Origin: Alphaproteobacteria bacterium
Lineage (GTDB): Bacteria; Pseudomonadota; Alphaproteobacteria; UBA828
Assembly: GCA_965221125.1 (NCBI GenBank)
Contig: CBDCRW010000004.1
Coordinates: 96,001-160,000, forward strand
DNA: 64,000 nucleotides
Reading direction: 5' to 3'
Both the position numbers and the translations under genes were made by a program. The notes beneath the pieces are model-generated. The model was not told the DNA's origin and ran no database searches. It was given only the letters and a program-made list of their open reading frames with translations. Within the stretch, counting starts at the first letter, position 1; every line of letters starts with the position of its first letter. Shown here one piece after another: positions 34,876 through 45,051 of this stretch.

Positions 34876-35919
34876 CTAGGGCTCGCGCCCCAGCACCGCC
34901 ATCAGCTCGCGCCACTCGCGCTTGGAGAGCCCGCTCTCCTCCTGGCCCACCGTCTCGCCCGCCAGCATGCGCCTGACCACGTCGAGCGCACCTGCCGAGA
35001 GCGATGCGGCATCCGCCGCATAGTCGCGGAAGGCCTGATGCGTGGCCGGCACCCAGCTCGCCACGATCTTGTCGAGGATCACGTCGGCGTAGGCGCGGAT
35101 CTCGTACTGGGCGTGGGCATCGGCCCGCAGTGAGAGGAAGTGCAGCAGGTTGTGCAGGTCGATCTTCCAGTAGAACTGGGTGTAGTAGTTGACCGGCAGC
35201 GCCGCCCGCGCCAGCTCGCGGGCGAGACCGGCGCGGTCGGGGTCCTTCTTCTCGCCGCTCTCGTTCTCGTTGAGCAGGTTCTCGTAGACGCCGTAGGCGC
35301 GGGTCGAGATCCAGTCGAGGCGCGAGAGCGCCTGCCGGGCCTCCTCGTCCTTCAGGTCGTCGTCCCGGCCCTGCTTGTTGGTGCCGGACTGCGCGGCCAG
35401 CTCCTCACGCTGCTCCGCTGCCGCCCGCCAGCCGAACAGGTCGTTCATGCCGCTGCTGCTGGCGCGCTGGCGGTCGATCTGCTCTTCCCGGACCGATTGC
35501 AGGTGGGCCGGGTCCGGCACGTAGAACTCGCGGTCGAGCCGGGAATAGCGCGCGGAATACTCGTTGACGCTGGCGGTGCGGTGGCGGAGCCACTGGCGCG
35601 CCACGAAGATCGGCGCCTTGATGTGCAGCTTGAGCTCGCACATCTCGAAGGGCGTCGTGTGGCGGTGGCGCAGGAGGTAGCGGATCAGCGCGCGGTCCTC
35701 CCGCACCTTGCGCGTGCCCGCGCCGTAGGAGACCCGCGCTGCCTGCACGATTGCCCCGTCGTCCCCCATGTAGTCGATCAGGCGGACGAAGCCGTGATCG
35801 AGCACGTCGAAGCGCTCGTAGAGGATCGCCTCCATGGCCGGCACCGTGGCGCGCCTGGTCTCGTGCGCGGCAGCGCGCTGGGCCTCGATCTCCGCCCGCT
35901 TGTGGTCGTCGATCGGCAT
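34876..35919 (-). CDS. thyX: FAD-dependent thymidylate synthase
   Basis: AARVSYG, HTTPFE, RQWLRHR...[24 protein letters not shown]; carries an internal insertion. Confidence 0.94.
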   Translation of the reverse strand: MPIDDHKRAEIEAQRAAAHETRRATVPAMEAILYERFDVLDHGFVRLIDYMGDDGAIVQAARVSYGAGTRKVREDRALIRYLLRHRHTTPFEMCELKLHIKAPIFVARQWLRHRTASVNEYSARYSRLDREFYVPDPAHLQSVREEQIDRQRASSSGMNDLFGWRAAAEQREELAAQSGTNKQGRDDDLKDEEARQALSRLDWISTRAYGVYENLLNENESGEKKDPDRAGLARELARAALPVNYYTQFYWKIDLHNLLHFLSLRADAHAQYEIRAYADVILDKIVASWVPATHQAFRDYAADAASLSAGALDVVRRMLAGETVGQEESGLSKREWRELMAVLGREP

Positions 35920-36044
35920 GGTGGGGAGCAACTCCGGTAAAGTGAAGCGGTGGTCCGGGCTGCGATCATACCCGCTCCCGCGGCCGAGTGCAGAGTTACC
36001 GCTTCCCGCTTCCCAAACGCGTCCCGAGCGCCTATATAGACGGG

Positions 36045-36327
36045 GTCAGCGGGCGACCGCCGACTATGGCGATAAACGCTGCTCGAAATAAGCGTTGCGG
36101 ACCCGGGGGCAGTACCCGGCGCCTCCACCACTCCCTGGGCCGGCGGGCCTCGGTTGCGGGGGCGAACCAGGATCGACGTGCGTGGTAAAGGTGTGGTTTT
36201 CGCCCGGCATGGTACCGCCGTTATCGGGCCAACTCAGAGGTGCGAACGACAACGAAGTCGCCCTCGCTGCCTAGCATCGCTAGGTAAGCGCGGCTTGGGG
36301 GGCGCCGGGCAACAGAAGCCCCCCGCT
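36045..36327 (+). ncRNA. ssrA: Two-piece (circularly permuted) tmRNA
   Basis: Acceptor piece ending ...CCCGGCGCCTCCACCA at 36130; coding piece starting GGGGGCGAA at 36158; tag ANDNEVALAA* at 36242-36274; sspB directly downstream; outer ends approximate. Confidence 0.92.
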
Positions 36328-36451
36328 CACCGCGATATTCTCGTCCCGGTTCAGGCCCGTGCCCCTGGCGCGACGCCAGCCGTGACCGTGCCGCCATATC
36401 CGGGCTAAGCTGCCCGCAGGCGTGGGCAGACGAGCGGACACGGACGCGGGA

Positions 36452-36955
36452 ATGGGAAAGGACCTTATCGGCTACGACGTGTTGGTCGAGACCGGCCTGC
36501 GCTCGGTGATCCGCGAGGCGCTTCGCCGCGTCGCCGCAGAGGGCTGGCCCGGCACCCATCACGCCTACATCACCTTCAGGACCGATGCGCCGGGCGTCGA
36601 CGTGCCGGATTCGCTCCGCGCGCGCTATCCCGACGAGCTGACCATCGTGCTCCAGCACCAGTTCTGGGACCTGGAGGTGGACGACGACCACTTCGCCGTG
36701 ACGCTGAGCTTCAGCAAGGTCGGCCACCGCCTCGTCGTGCCGTTCTCGGCGCTCACCGGCTATGCCGACCCTTCGGTGAAGTTCGGCCTGCAGTTCGGCG
36801 CTTCGCCGAAGGGGAGTGAGAAAGCGGCTTCGCCGAAGGCCGCTGAAACGAAGGCAATGCCGGAGACCGCGCCGGAGGCGGACGAGGGCGATGCTGCGAC
36901 CCCGGAGGCGGGCGGCGAGAAGGTCGTGGCGCTGGAGCAGTTCCGCAAGAAGTAG
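36452..36955 (+). CDS. sspB: ClpXP adaptor SspB (alphaproteobacterial type)
   Basis: HHAYITFRT, YPDELTIVLQHQFWDL, DPSVKFGLQF, C-terminal KVVALEQFRKK. Confidence 0.93.
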   Translation: MGKDLIGYDVLVETGLRSVIREALRRVAAEGWPGTHHAYITFRTDAPGVDVPDSLRARYPDELTIVLQHQFWDLEVDDDHFAVTLSFSKVGHRLVVPFSALTGYADPSVKFGLQFGASPKGSEKAASPKAAETKAMPETAPEADEGDAATPEAGGEKVVALEQFRKK

Positions 36956-36956
36956 C

Positions 36957-37226
36957 CAGCCCGCATTTCTCGCCAGGGTCATGTTCTGCGCGGCGCTGTC
37001 CGGCGGACAGAGTAGGAGCGGCGCGCAACGCGATGCGGGGACATCGGGTAAGCGCCGCGACGCACGCTGTCGGTCGGAGAGCGCCGCCCTTCGGGTCGCG
37101 CCCAGGCGCCCGCCCGCGTCGTTGCGGGCCTCAACCGTATTCCCTGATACGCTTTTCGGCCCGCTCCTAGCGGATCGAGCGCCTGGGCGCGACGCAGGCC
37201 GTGACCCTGGTGAGAATTGCGGGCTA
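36957..37226. repeat. MITE-like structured repeat, copy 2
   Basis: Same terminal inverted repeats and internal sequence as 15188-15538; lies between convergent sspB and SDR genes. Confidence 0.85.
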
Positions 37227-37997
37227 TTCTTCCCATTCGAGGTTACCGCACACCCCGATCAGCTGCCCGGTGATGTTGCGCGCCCCGTCCTGCGCCAGGA
37301 AGAACGCGGCGTCGGCGACCTCTTCGCAGGAGATCAGCGAGCGCGTGGAGATGAAGCTCACGTAGCGCTCGTGCGCCTCCGCCACCGTCTGTCCCCGCTT
37401 GGCCGCGAGGTTCGTGATCAGGCGGCGGCCGCGCGGGTTGTCGATGATGCCGGGCAGGATGGCGTTGCAGCGGATGCCGAAGGGCCCCAGCTCGCGCGCG
37501 AGGTTCCGCGTCATGCCGTCGACCGCGCACTTGGTGGTCACGTAGGAGGTCCGGAGCGGCATGCCCACCCTGGTGGATGCTGTCGAGATGTTGATGATCG
37601 CGCCGCTGGCGTGCGCTTTCATCACCGGCACGGCGCGCTTGATGCAGTGGAACATGCCGTTGAGGTTGACGTCGATCACCCGGTACCAGTCTTCGTCCTC
37701 GATCTCCTCGACCGGCGCGCGCGGGCCGCTGATGCCGGCGTTGTTCACCAGCACGTCGATGGTGCCGAGCGCGGCGATCCCTTCGTCGAACCAGCGCGCG
37801 ACCGCGTCGGCCGAGCCCACGTCGGCGATGCTGCCGGACATGCCGGGGTTGGCGCCGAGAACGTCCTCCAGGCTCGCGGTCGTCAGGCAGCAGATGTGGA
37901 CGCGCGCGCCGGCGGCGTGGAAGCGCTCGGCCACGGCGCGGCCGATGCTGCGGCCGGCGCCGGTGACCATCACCGCCTGCGGAGTCTCGCCTGCCAT
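37224..37997 (-). CDS. SDR family oxidoreductase
   Basis: TGAGRSIG, LVNNAG, NIST, YVTTK (YxxxK). Confidence 0.9.
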   Translation of the reverse strand: MAGETPQAVMVTGAGRSIGRAVAERFHAAGARVHICCLTTASLEDVLGANPGMSGSIADVGSADAVARWFDEGIAALGTIDVLVNNAGISGPRAPVEEIEDEDWYRVIDVNLNGMFHCIKRAVPVMKAHASGAIINISTASTRVGMPLRTSYVTTKCAVDGMTRNLARELGPFGIRCNAILPGIIDNPRGRRLITNLAAKRGQTVAEAHERYVSFISTRSLISCEEVADAAFFLAQDGARNITGQLIGVCGNLEWEE

Positions 37998-38286
37998 GGC
38001 TTACCCTCGGGCTTCCGTGGACGACGGCGCGAGGATAGAGCGGCCACCCGCTTGCGCCAAACGCTCCGCCGGTGGCCAGCGAGGTTTGCGGCACGAGCGA
38101 ACCGGGCCGCAGGCCCGGACGGCGCGACCGCGCGTCGCGCGCCCATGCGCGCGCGGGCGCATGATGCACGGTCACGTGCGCGGAGCGCACGATGCGCCGC
38201 ATGGCGCGAGAGCCAAGCGAGCGGAGCGAGCGCCCGGCGACTGAGGGATATGGTAAAGGAAACGCGCAACCGGAGAGGGTACGGCC

Positions 38287-39693
<1,407 letters not shown>

Positions 39694-39763
39694 CCCGGAA
39701 GGGGATACCCCGCCCGGCCCTGCACCCGAGACGTTGGCCACTGATGGGAAGCTTGTCGCAGAG

Positions 39764-40210
39764 TCAGTCTATCGCGCTCATGCTGAGGTTGACCGGGGTC
39801 GAGTTGGCGATGTTGTCGCTCACCGGGCAGCGTGCCTGAACTTCGGCCAGCAACGCGGCAAGCTGCTCGGGGCTGGCACTGCTCCTGACCTGGATCTCGG
39901 CGTCGATCGACTGGTAACCAGCCCGGACGTTGCGGTCGGTCCCCGCAAACTTGGCCGGGTCCAGTGATCCTCCCAACGTGATCTCCGTGCCCTCGATCTC
40001 GATCCCCATCTCTTTCGCGATGAAGTGGGTCATGTAGTTCAGGCACCCGGCGTGCGCCGCGAGAATGAAGTCCAGAGGCGACGGCGCGGCGTTCTTGCCG
40101 CCCAGCGATTCCGGCTCGTCCATGAAAATCTTGAAGGCGTGCACGTCGGTCATGCTGCGTGCCATGCTCTCGCCCACCGTCCGCACCTGGGCGCTGTACA
40201 TTTCGGTCAT
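39764..40210 (-). CDS. OsmC family protein
   Basis: MDEPESLGG, SPLDFILAAHAGC, RCPVSDNI (two conserved Cys). Confidence 0.85.
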   Translation of the reverse strand: MTEMYSAQVRTVGESMARSMTDVHAFKIFMDEPESLGGKNAAPSPLDFILAAHAGCLNYMTHFIAKEMGIEIEGTEITLGGSLDPAKFAGTDRNVRAGYQSIDAEIQVRSSASPEQLAALLAEVQARCPVSDNIANSTPVNLSMSAID

Positions 40211-40284
40211 GTCTCACTCCCTTTTGGTCTGATGACTGTTCGTCGCGAAAGCACCTGGTCCCTCCCCGTGTACACCGCACGAGA

Positions 40285-42315
40285 TCAGGCGTCTTCCAGA
40301 GGCGCGGTCGCCGCCCTGAGCCAGGCGAGTGTCGCCGCATCGCCTGCGAGCAGGGGCGCGAGGGTCTCCGCCACGCGGGCGTGGTAGGCGTCGAGCCAGG
40401 CGCGCTCGTCCGCCGTCAGCATCGCGGGCTCGATGAGCGCGCGGTCGATGGGAGCGAGCGTCAGCGTCTCGAAGCCGAGGAAGCCATTCTCCGCTTCGTC
40501 CCCCTCGCTCACCGCCACCAGGTTCTCGATGCGGATACCGTAGGCGCCGGTCTTGTAGTAGCCGGGCTCGTTGGAGACGACCATGCCGGGCTGGAGCGCC
40601 GCGCCCGAGCCCGGCCGCGAGATGCGCTGCGGGCCCTCGTGCACGTTGAGGTAGTGGCCGACGCCGTGCCCGGTGCCGTGATCGTAGTCGAGCCCCGCCT
40701 GCCACAGGAACTGCCGCGCAAGCGTGTCGAGCTGCGCCCCGGTGGTGCCGCGCGGGAAGCGTGCCGTCGCCAGCGCGATGTGGCCGCGCAGCACGCGGGT
40801 GAAGCGGTCGCAGTGCTCCGGCTCCGGCGTGCCGATGGCGACCGTGCGGGTCACGTCCGTCGTGCCGTCCAGGTACTGCCCGCCGGAATCGACGAGGTAG
40901 AGCGTGCCGGGCTCCAGCGTCCGGTTCGTCTCCGCCGTCACCCGGTAGTGGACGATGGCGCCGTTGGCGCCTGCGCCCGAAATCGTGTCGAAGCTCGGGC
41001 CACGAAAGTGCTCGCCGCCTGCCCGCATCGCCGCCAGCCGGTCGACCGCGTCGAGCTCGGTCACCGAGCCGGGCGGCGCCGCCGCGAGCCAGGCGAGGAA
41101 GCGCGTGAGCGCCGCGCCGTCCCGGCGGTGGGCGGCGCGGATGCCGTCGAGCTCGGCCTCGTTCTTGCAGGCCTTGGGCAGCGCGCAGGGATCGCTGCCG
41201 CGGACCACACCGGCACCGCCTTCAGCCAGGCGATCGACCATCCAGACCGGCGTCGCCGCCCCGTCGATCAGCACGGCCTTGCCTGCTTCGGCCAAGCCGT
41301 CCAGCACACTCGACAACGCGTCCGGCGCCTGCACCCGCACGGCATTCCCGAGATGCTCTGGCACCTCGGGCAGGAGCTTGCGGCGATCCACGAACCAGTC
41401 CACCCCGCCCTCGCCGTGCACGATGGCGAAGGAGTGGGGCAGGGGGCTGTTGGCTACGTCGGCGCCCCGCACGTTGAGCAGCCAGGCGATCGAATCGGGT
41501 GCGCTCAGCACGGCGGCGTCGGCGTCCTTCTCCGCGAGACGGGCCGCGATCGCCTGCCGCTTCTGGCCGGCGTCCGTGCCGGCGAAGCGCAGCGGGTGCG
41601 GCGCGATAGGGCCGAGCGGCGGCGGCGGCTGGTCCGCCCACAAAGCGTCGATGGGATTGTCCTCGCAAGCGGCGAGGCGGGCGCCCGCGGCCTCGCACGG
41701 CGCCGCCAGCCGGTCGCGGCCCTGCGCGCCGTGCAGCGCCGGGTCGTAGCCGAGCGTCGCCCCGTCGGCGAGGTGCTCCCTGAGCCACGCGTCCGCCGGC
41801 GCCTCGGTGACGTGACGGTGCTCGTAGAGCGTGCCGTCCACCTGCGCTGCCGCCTGCAGGGTGTAGCGCCCGTCGACGAAGAGCGCCGCCCGCTCGGCCA
41901 GCACGATCGCCATGCCGGCCGAGCCCGTGAAGCCCGTGAGCCAGGCCAGGCGCTGGGAGCGCCGCGCCACGTACTCGCCCTGGTGCTCGTCGCTGAGCGG
42001 CACGACGAAGCCGTCGAGCCCGCGCCGCGCAAGCTCGTCCCGGAGCGCCGCGAGCCTTGTCGCCTGCTGCGGCGTGTCGATGCCGTCCGCCGCTGCGGCA
42101 TGGGTCTGCCGCAGCGCTTCGAGCTGCTCGGCCAGCGCGCCGTTGGCCTCGGCGCCGGGGTGGATCAGACGCAGCCAGCTCCGGTCTTGCGGTGCCGCCA
42201 CGGCCACGCCCCGAACCAGCGCCTCGACCTCGCCAACGGGCTTGTCGATCCCGGCGCCGGCCAGTGCGTGCGCGAGCGCAGCCCGACGCTCGCTGGTCGC
42301 GGTTTCCTTTGTCAT
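40285..42315 (-). CDS. Aminopeptidase P family (Xaa-Pro aminopeptidase)
   Basis: DEHQGEYV, GFTGSAG, DSGGQYLDGTTDVTRT, HGTGHGVG, SNEPGYY, GIRIEN. Confidence 0.93.
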   Translation of the reverse strand: MTKETATSERRAALAHALAGAGIDKPVGEVEALVRGVAVAAPQDRSWLRLIHPGAEANGALAEQLEALRQTHAAAADGIDTPQQATRLAALRDELARRGLDGFVVPLSDEHQGEYVARRSQRLAWLTGFTGSAGMAIVLAERAALFVDGRYTLQAAAQVDGTLYEHRHVTEAPADAWLREHLADGATLGYDPALHGAQGRDRLAAPCEAAGARLAACEDNPIDALWADQPPPPLGPIAPHPLRFAGTDAGQKRQAIAARLAEKDADAAVLSAPDSIAWLLNVRGADVANSPLPHSFAIVHGEGGVDWFVDRRKLLPEVPEHLGNAVRVQAPDALSSVLDGLAEAGKAVLIDGAATPVWMVDRLAEGGAGVVRGSDPCALPKACKNEAELDGIRAAHRRDGAALTRFLAWLAAAPPGSVTELDAVDRLAAMRAGGEHFRGPSFDTISGAGANGAIVHYRVTAETNRTLEPGTLYLVDSGGQYLDGTTDVTRTVAIGTPEPEHCDRFTRVLRGHIALATARFPRGTTGAQLDTLARQFLWQAGLDYDHGTGHGVGHYLNVHEGPQRISRPGSGAALQPGMVVSNEPGYYKTGAYGIRIENLVAVSEGDEAENGFLGFETLTLAPIDRALIEPAMLTADERAWLDAYHARVAETLAPLLAGDAATLAWLRAATAPLEDA

Positions 42316-42340
42316 GGCGGCGTTTCTGCCAGCGCGCCGC

Positions 42341-43246
42341 TTACGGCGTCAATATCAGCGTGGCCCAGTCGCCGAGCCGCATGCGCCGCCACAGCCTGAG
42401 CCGGACGGCGCAAAAGGCCGCAAGCACCTGCGGCTCCTCGGTGGTGAGCAGGCCGGAGAGGACCACGACGCCACCCGGCTGCAGATGCCGGGCGAAGGCC
42501 GGCGCCAGCGCCGCGATGGGCCTGGCCCTGATGTTGGCGCAGATCAGATCGGCCCGTCCGAGCCGCGTTCCCGGCCTCGTGCGGAGGCCCTCGCCCTGCG
42601 TCACCGTCACCCGGCGGGAGAGCCCGTTGCGCCGCGCTGTCTCGCGCGCGGCCGGCACCGCCATGGGATCGTTGTCGAGGGCGACGACACGCGCCGGCCA
42701 GAGCTTCGCCGCCGCCACCGCGAGGATGCCGGAGCCCGTGCCGATGTCCAGCGCGAGCCGCACCCGGCGGCGGCGGGCCAGCCAGTCGAGCGCGAGCAGG
42801 CAGCCCTGCGTCGTCTCGTGGCGGCCGGAGCCGAAGGCGGGGCCGGCGGCGACGGAGATGACCAGGCGCCCACTCGGCGGGTCATCGTGTGCATCCACGA
42901 CCGTGAAGCGCCCGACCGAGACGGGCGGAAAGGAGGCGCGGGACTGCGCCGCCCAGTCGGCGGCGCCCACGGGCTCGACCGCCGCGCCGCCGGTGGCGAC
43001 GCCGGCCGCGCGGAGCAGCGCCAGCAGCCGCGCGGGCCTCGGGTCCTCGGCCGCCGGGCCGGCGCCGAACAGGGTGGCGCGCAATTCGTCCGACGGTGCG
43101 TCGCGGCCCGGATGCACTGCCGCCACCGTCTCGGCCACCACGGCGTCGGCCAGCTCGCCGAGCGCGTCCTCCAGCGCCTCGTAGGCCGCCCGGCCGAGCG
43201 TCACCGAGAGCCGCCAGCCTTGCGCCTCCCGGCGATCTCCGCTCAC
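42341..43246 (-). CDS. prmA: 50S ribosomal protein L11 methyltransferase
   Basis: AFGSGRHETT, LDIGTGSGILA, ANI, LSGLL. Confidence 0.85.
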   Translation of the reverse strand: MSGDRREAQGWRLSVTLGRAAYEALEDALGELADAVVAETVAAVHPGRDAPSDELRATLFGAGPAAEDPRPARLLALLRAAGVATGGAAVEPVGAADWAAQSRASFPPVSVGRFTVVDAHDDPPSGRLVISVAAGPAFGSGRHETTQGCLLALDWLARRRRVRLALDIGTGSGILAVAAAKLWPARVVALDNDPMAVPAARETARRNGLSRRVTVTQGEGLRTRPGTRLGRADLICANIRARPIAALAPAFARHLQPGGVVVLSGLLTTEEPQVLAAFCAVRLRLWRRMRLGDWATLILTP

Positions 43247-43314
43247 TGACCGCTCCGGTCCGGTCGATTCCCGGCTATGATGGGGGCAGCGGAACGCACG
43301 GTCGGAGGCCCACG

Positions 43315-44019
43315 ATGCCCGAGATGCCGGACTGGCAGCGCTACCTGAGCGACGAGGACAGGACCACCATCGAACGCGGCCGCTGGGCCAGGAGGGTCGG
43401 CTTCGGCGCGCGCCCCGCAGTCATCCTCATCGACGTGCAGAACTACATGGTGGGGGAGGAGGGCAACCACGACCTTGCCGCCTACCCCTACAGCTGCGCC
43501 ACCGGCTGGGCCGCCGTGGAGCAGACCCGGCGCATCGTCGGCGCGGCCCGCGCCGCCGCGGCCCCGGTGATCTACACCCGCTTCGCCATCGACCGCACCG
43601 TGGGCGACGCCGGGCTCTTCGACGCCAAGATCGGCGCCGAGGCAGGCGAGAACGTCTACTTCGAGGGCACCCACGGCAGCGAGATCGTGCCCGCGGTCGC
43701 GCCCGAGCCCGGCGACCTCGTCTTCACCAAGAAGAAACCCAGCTCGTTCCACGGCACGCCGCTCCTGCCCTACCTGATCGACCGCGCCATCGATACGCTG
43801 ATCGTCACCGGCGGCGCCACCTGCAACTGCGTCCGCGCCACGGTCTTCGACGCCTTCTCCTACAACTATCGCACCATCGTACCGTCGGACGCGGTGTTCG
43901 ACCGCCTGCCGATCAGCCACGCGATCAACCTGTTCGACATGAACCGCTGCTCGGCCGACGTGACGGATACCGACGCCGTGCTCGCCTATTTCGGCGATCT
44001 CGCCAAACGCGCGGCCTAG
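43315..44019 (+). CDS. Isochorismatase-family amidohydrolase (N-carbamoylsarcosine amidase/maleamate amidohydrolase-like)
   Basis: GFGARPAVILIDVQ, KKKPSSFHGT, TGGATCNCVRAT. Confidence 0.85.
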   Translation: MPEMPDWQRYLSDEDRTTIERGRWARRVGFGARPAVILIDVQNYMVGEEGNHDLAAYPYSCATGWAAVEQTRRIVGAARAAAAPVIYTRFAIDRTVGDAGLFDAKIGAEAGENVYFEGTHGSEIVPAVAPEPGDLVFTKKKPSSFHGTPLLPYLIDRAIDTLIVTGGATCNCVRATVFDAFSYNYRTIVPSDAVFDRLPISHAINLFDMNRCSADVTDTDAVLAYFGDLAKRAA

Positions 44020-44158
44020 CTCGCAGGTCCGCGCAACATCGCAATCCGCTCTTGGTTTATGACGTTGCAGGGGCGGCCTTCCTTGGTGCATTGGTGGGAG
44101 GTCGGGCAACGCGGTCATTTTGGTATGCTGCCGTGCTTCGAACATAGGGGATGGCGTG

Positions 44159-44467
44159 ATGGGAAGCCTCGACAACTTTCACCGCACAATCGTCCAGCGG
44201 GTCCACGCGGGTGAGTTGTTGCTAGGCGTCCGGCGAAGCATGTGGAAAGGGAGAACACGGAGGCTGGCGATGTCGGACCCAGCGACGTTCGACCGCTTGT
44301 GGAATGAAGGCGTCCTGTCTCTCAAGCTAGCGATTGTGTCGCCCTCGCGGGCCGGGTCGGAAATCTGCACGTCGCCGGATGACGACTATCGTCAGTTCAT
44401 AGCGCGACACTTCCTTCGCAAGCGCGAGTACGGCAATCGGGTCGAGAGAGCGAGAGTGTTCTCGTGA
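44159..44467 (+). CDS. Hypothetical protein in a visibly lower-GC islet
   Basis: 102-aa ORF with upstream AGGGG; no recognised motif. Confidence 0.3.
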   Translation: MGSLDNFHRTIVQRVHAGELLLGVRRSMWKGRTRRLAMSDPATFDRLWNEGVLSLKLAIVSPSRAGSEICTSPDDDYRQFIARHFLRKREYGNRVERARVFS

Positions 44468-44558
44468 GCGAGACTGTAAACTCATTTCGCTAACCCTATA
44501 GGTCAAGTTTGATGTGCAACTTCCTTTAGGTTGCTCCGATTGATTGGGAGCACTGGCG

Positions 44559-44834
44559 ATGTCGACGTCGGAACGGCTCACCACCACCCTGTCGACAAGG
44601 GGGCAGGTCATTCTGCCCAAGGCGATTCGCCAGGCATTGCATTGGAAGGCCGGAATGCGGCTGGTCGTGGAGAACACGCCCGAGGGCGTGCTGCTGAAGC
44701 CCTTGCCAGCCTTTGTCCAGACCCGACCCGAGGACGTGTTCGGGAGCCTCGCCTGCGACGGCACACCCAAGTCCTTGGCCGACATGGACGCGGGCGTTCT
44801 GGCGGAAGCAAAGCAGAGCCCGTCCGGCGATTGA
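44559..44834 (+). CDS. AbrB/MazE/SpoVT-family DNA-binding protein (VapB-like antitoxin)
   Basis: TTLSTRGQVILPKAIRQALHWKAG...GVLLKP, EDVFGSL; GGGAG RBS. Confidence 0.85.
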   Translation: MSTSERLTTTLSTRGQVILPKAIRQALHWKAGMRLVVENTPEGVLLKPLPAFVQTRPEDVFGSLACDGTPKSLADMDAGVLAEAKQSPSGD

Positions 44835-44893
44835 GAAATACAAACAAGACGCCGGGCGCTGATGCCGGCGCACGTGGCTCCTGCTATAGTGCG

Positions 44894-44996
44894 GGCGGGA
44901 GATCGGCGTCGGACGGCTTTCTCGCTAACCCGGTCAGGTCCGGAAGGAAGCAGCCGTAACGAGTTTCAAGCCGGGTCGTCTGCCGGTCTCCTGCCG
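44894..44996 (+). ncRNA. ffs: Signal recognition particle 4.5S RNA
   Basis: Conserved domain IV CGGTCAGGTCCGGAAGGAAGCAGCCG; terminal pairing GGCGGGAGATCGGC/GCCGGTCTCCTGCC; TATAGT -10 box upstream; precedes dnaX. Confidence 0.93.
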
Positions 44997-45051
44997 CCAA
45001 CCGGACGCGCTGCCCGCCGCGCACTGCGGGCCGAAGGACGCCGATGCACCG

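Noticed and set aside
36045-36327. Permuted two-piece tmRNA as a novelty
   Set aside because: This is the established form of ssrA in alphaproteobacteria; listed as a feature only.
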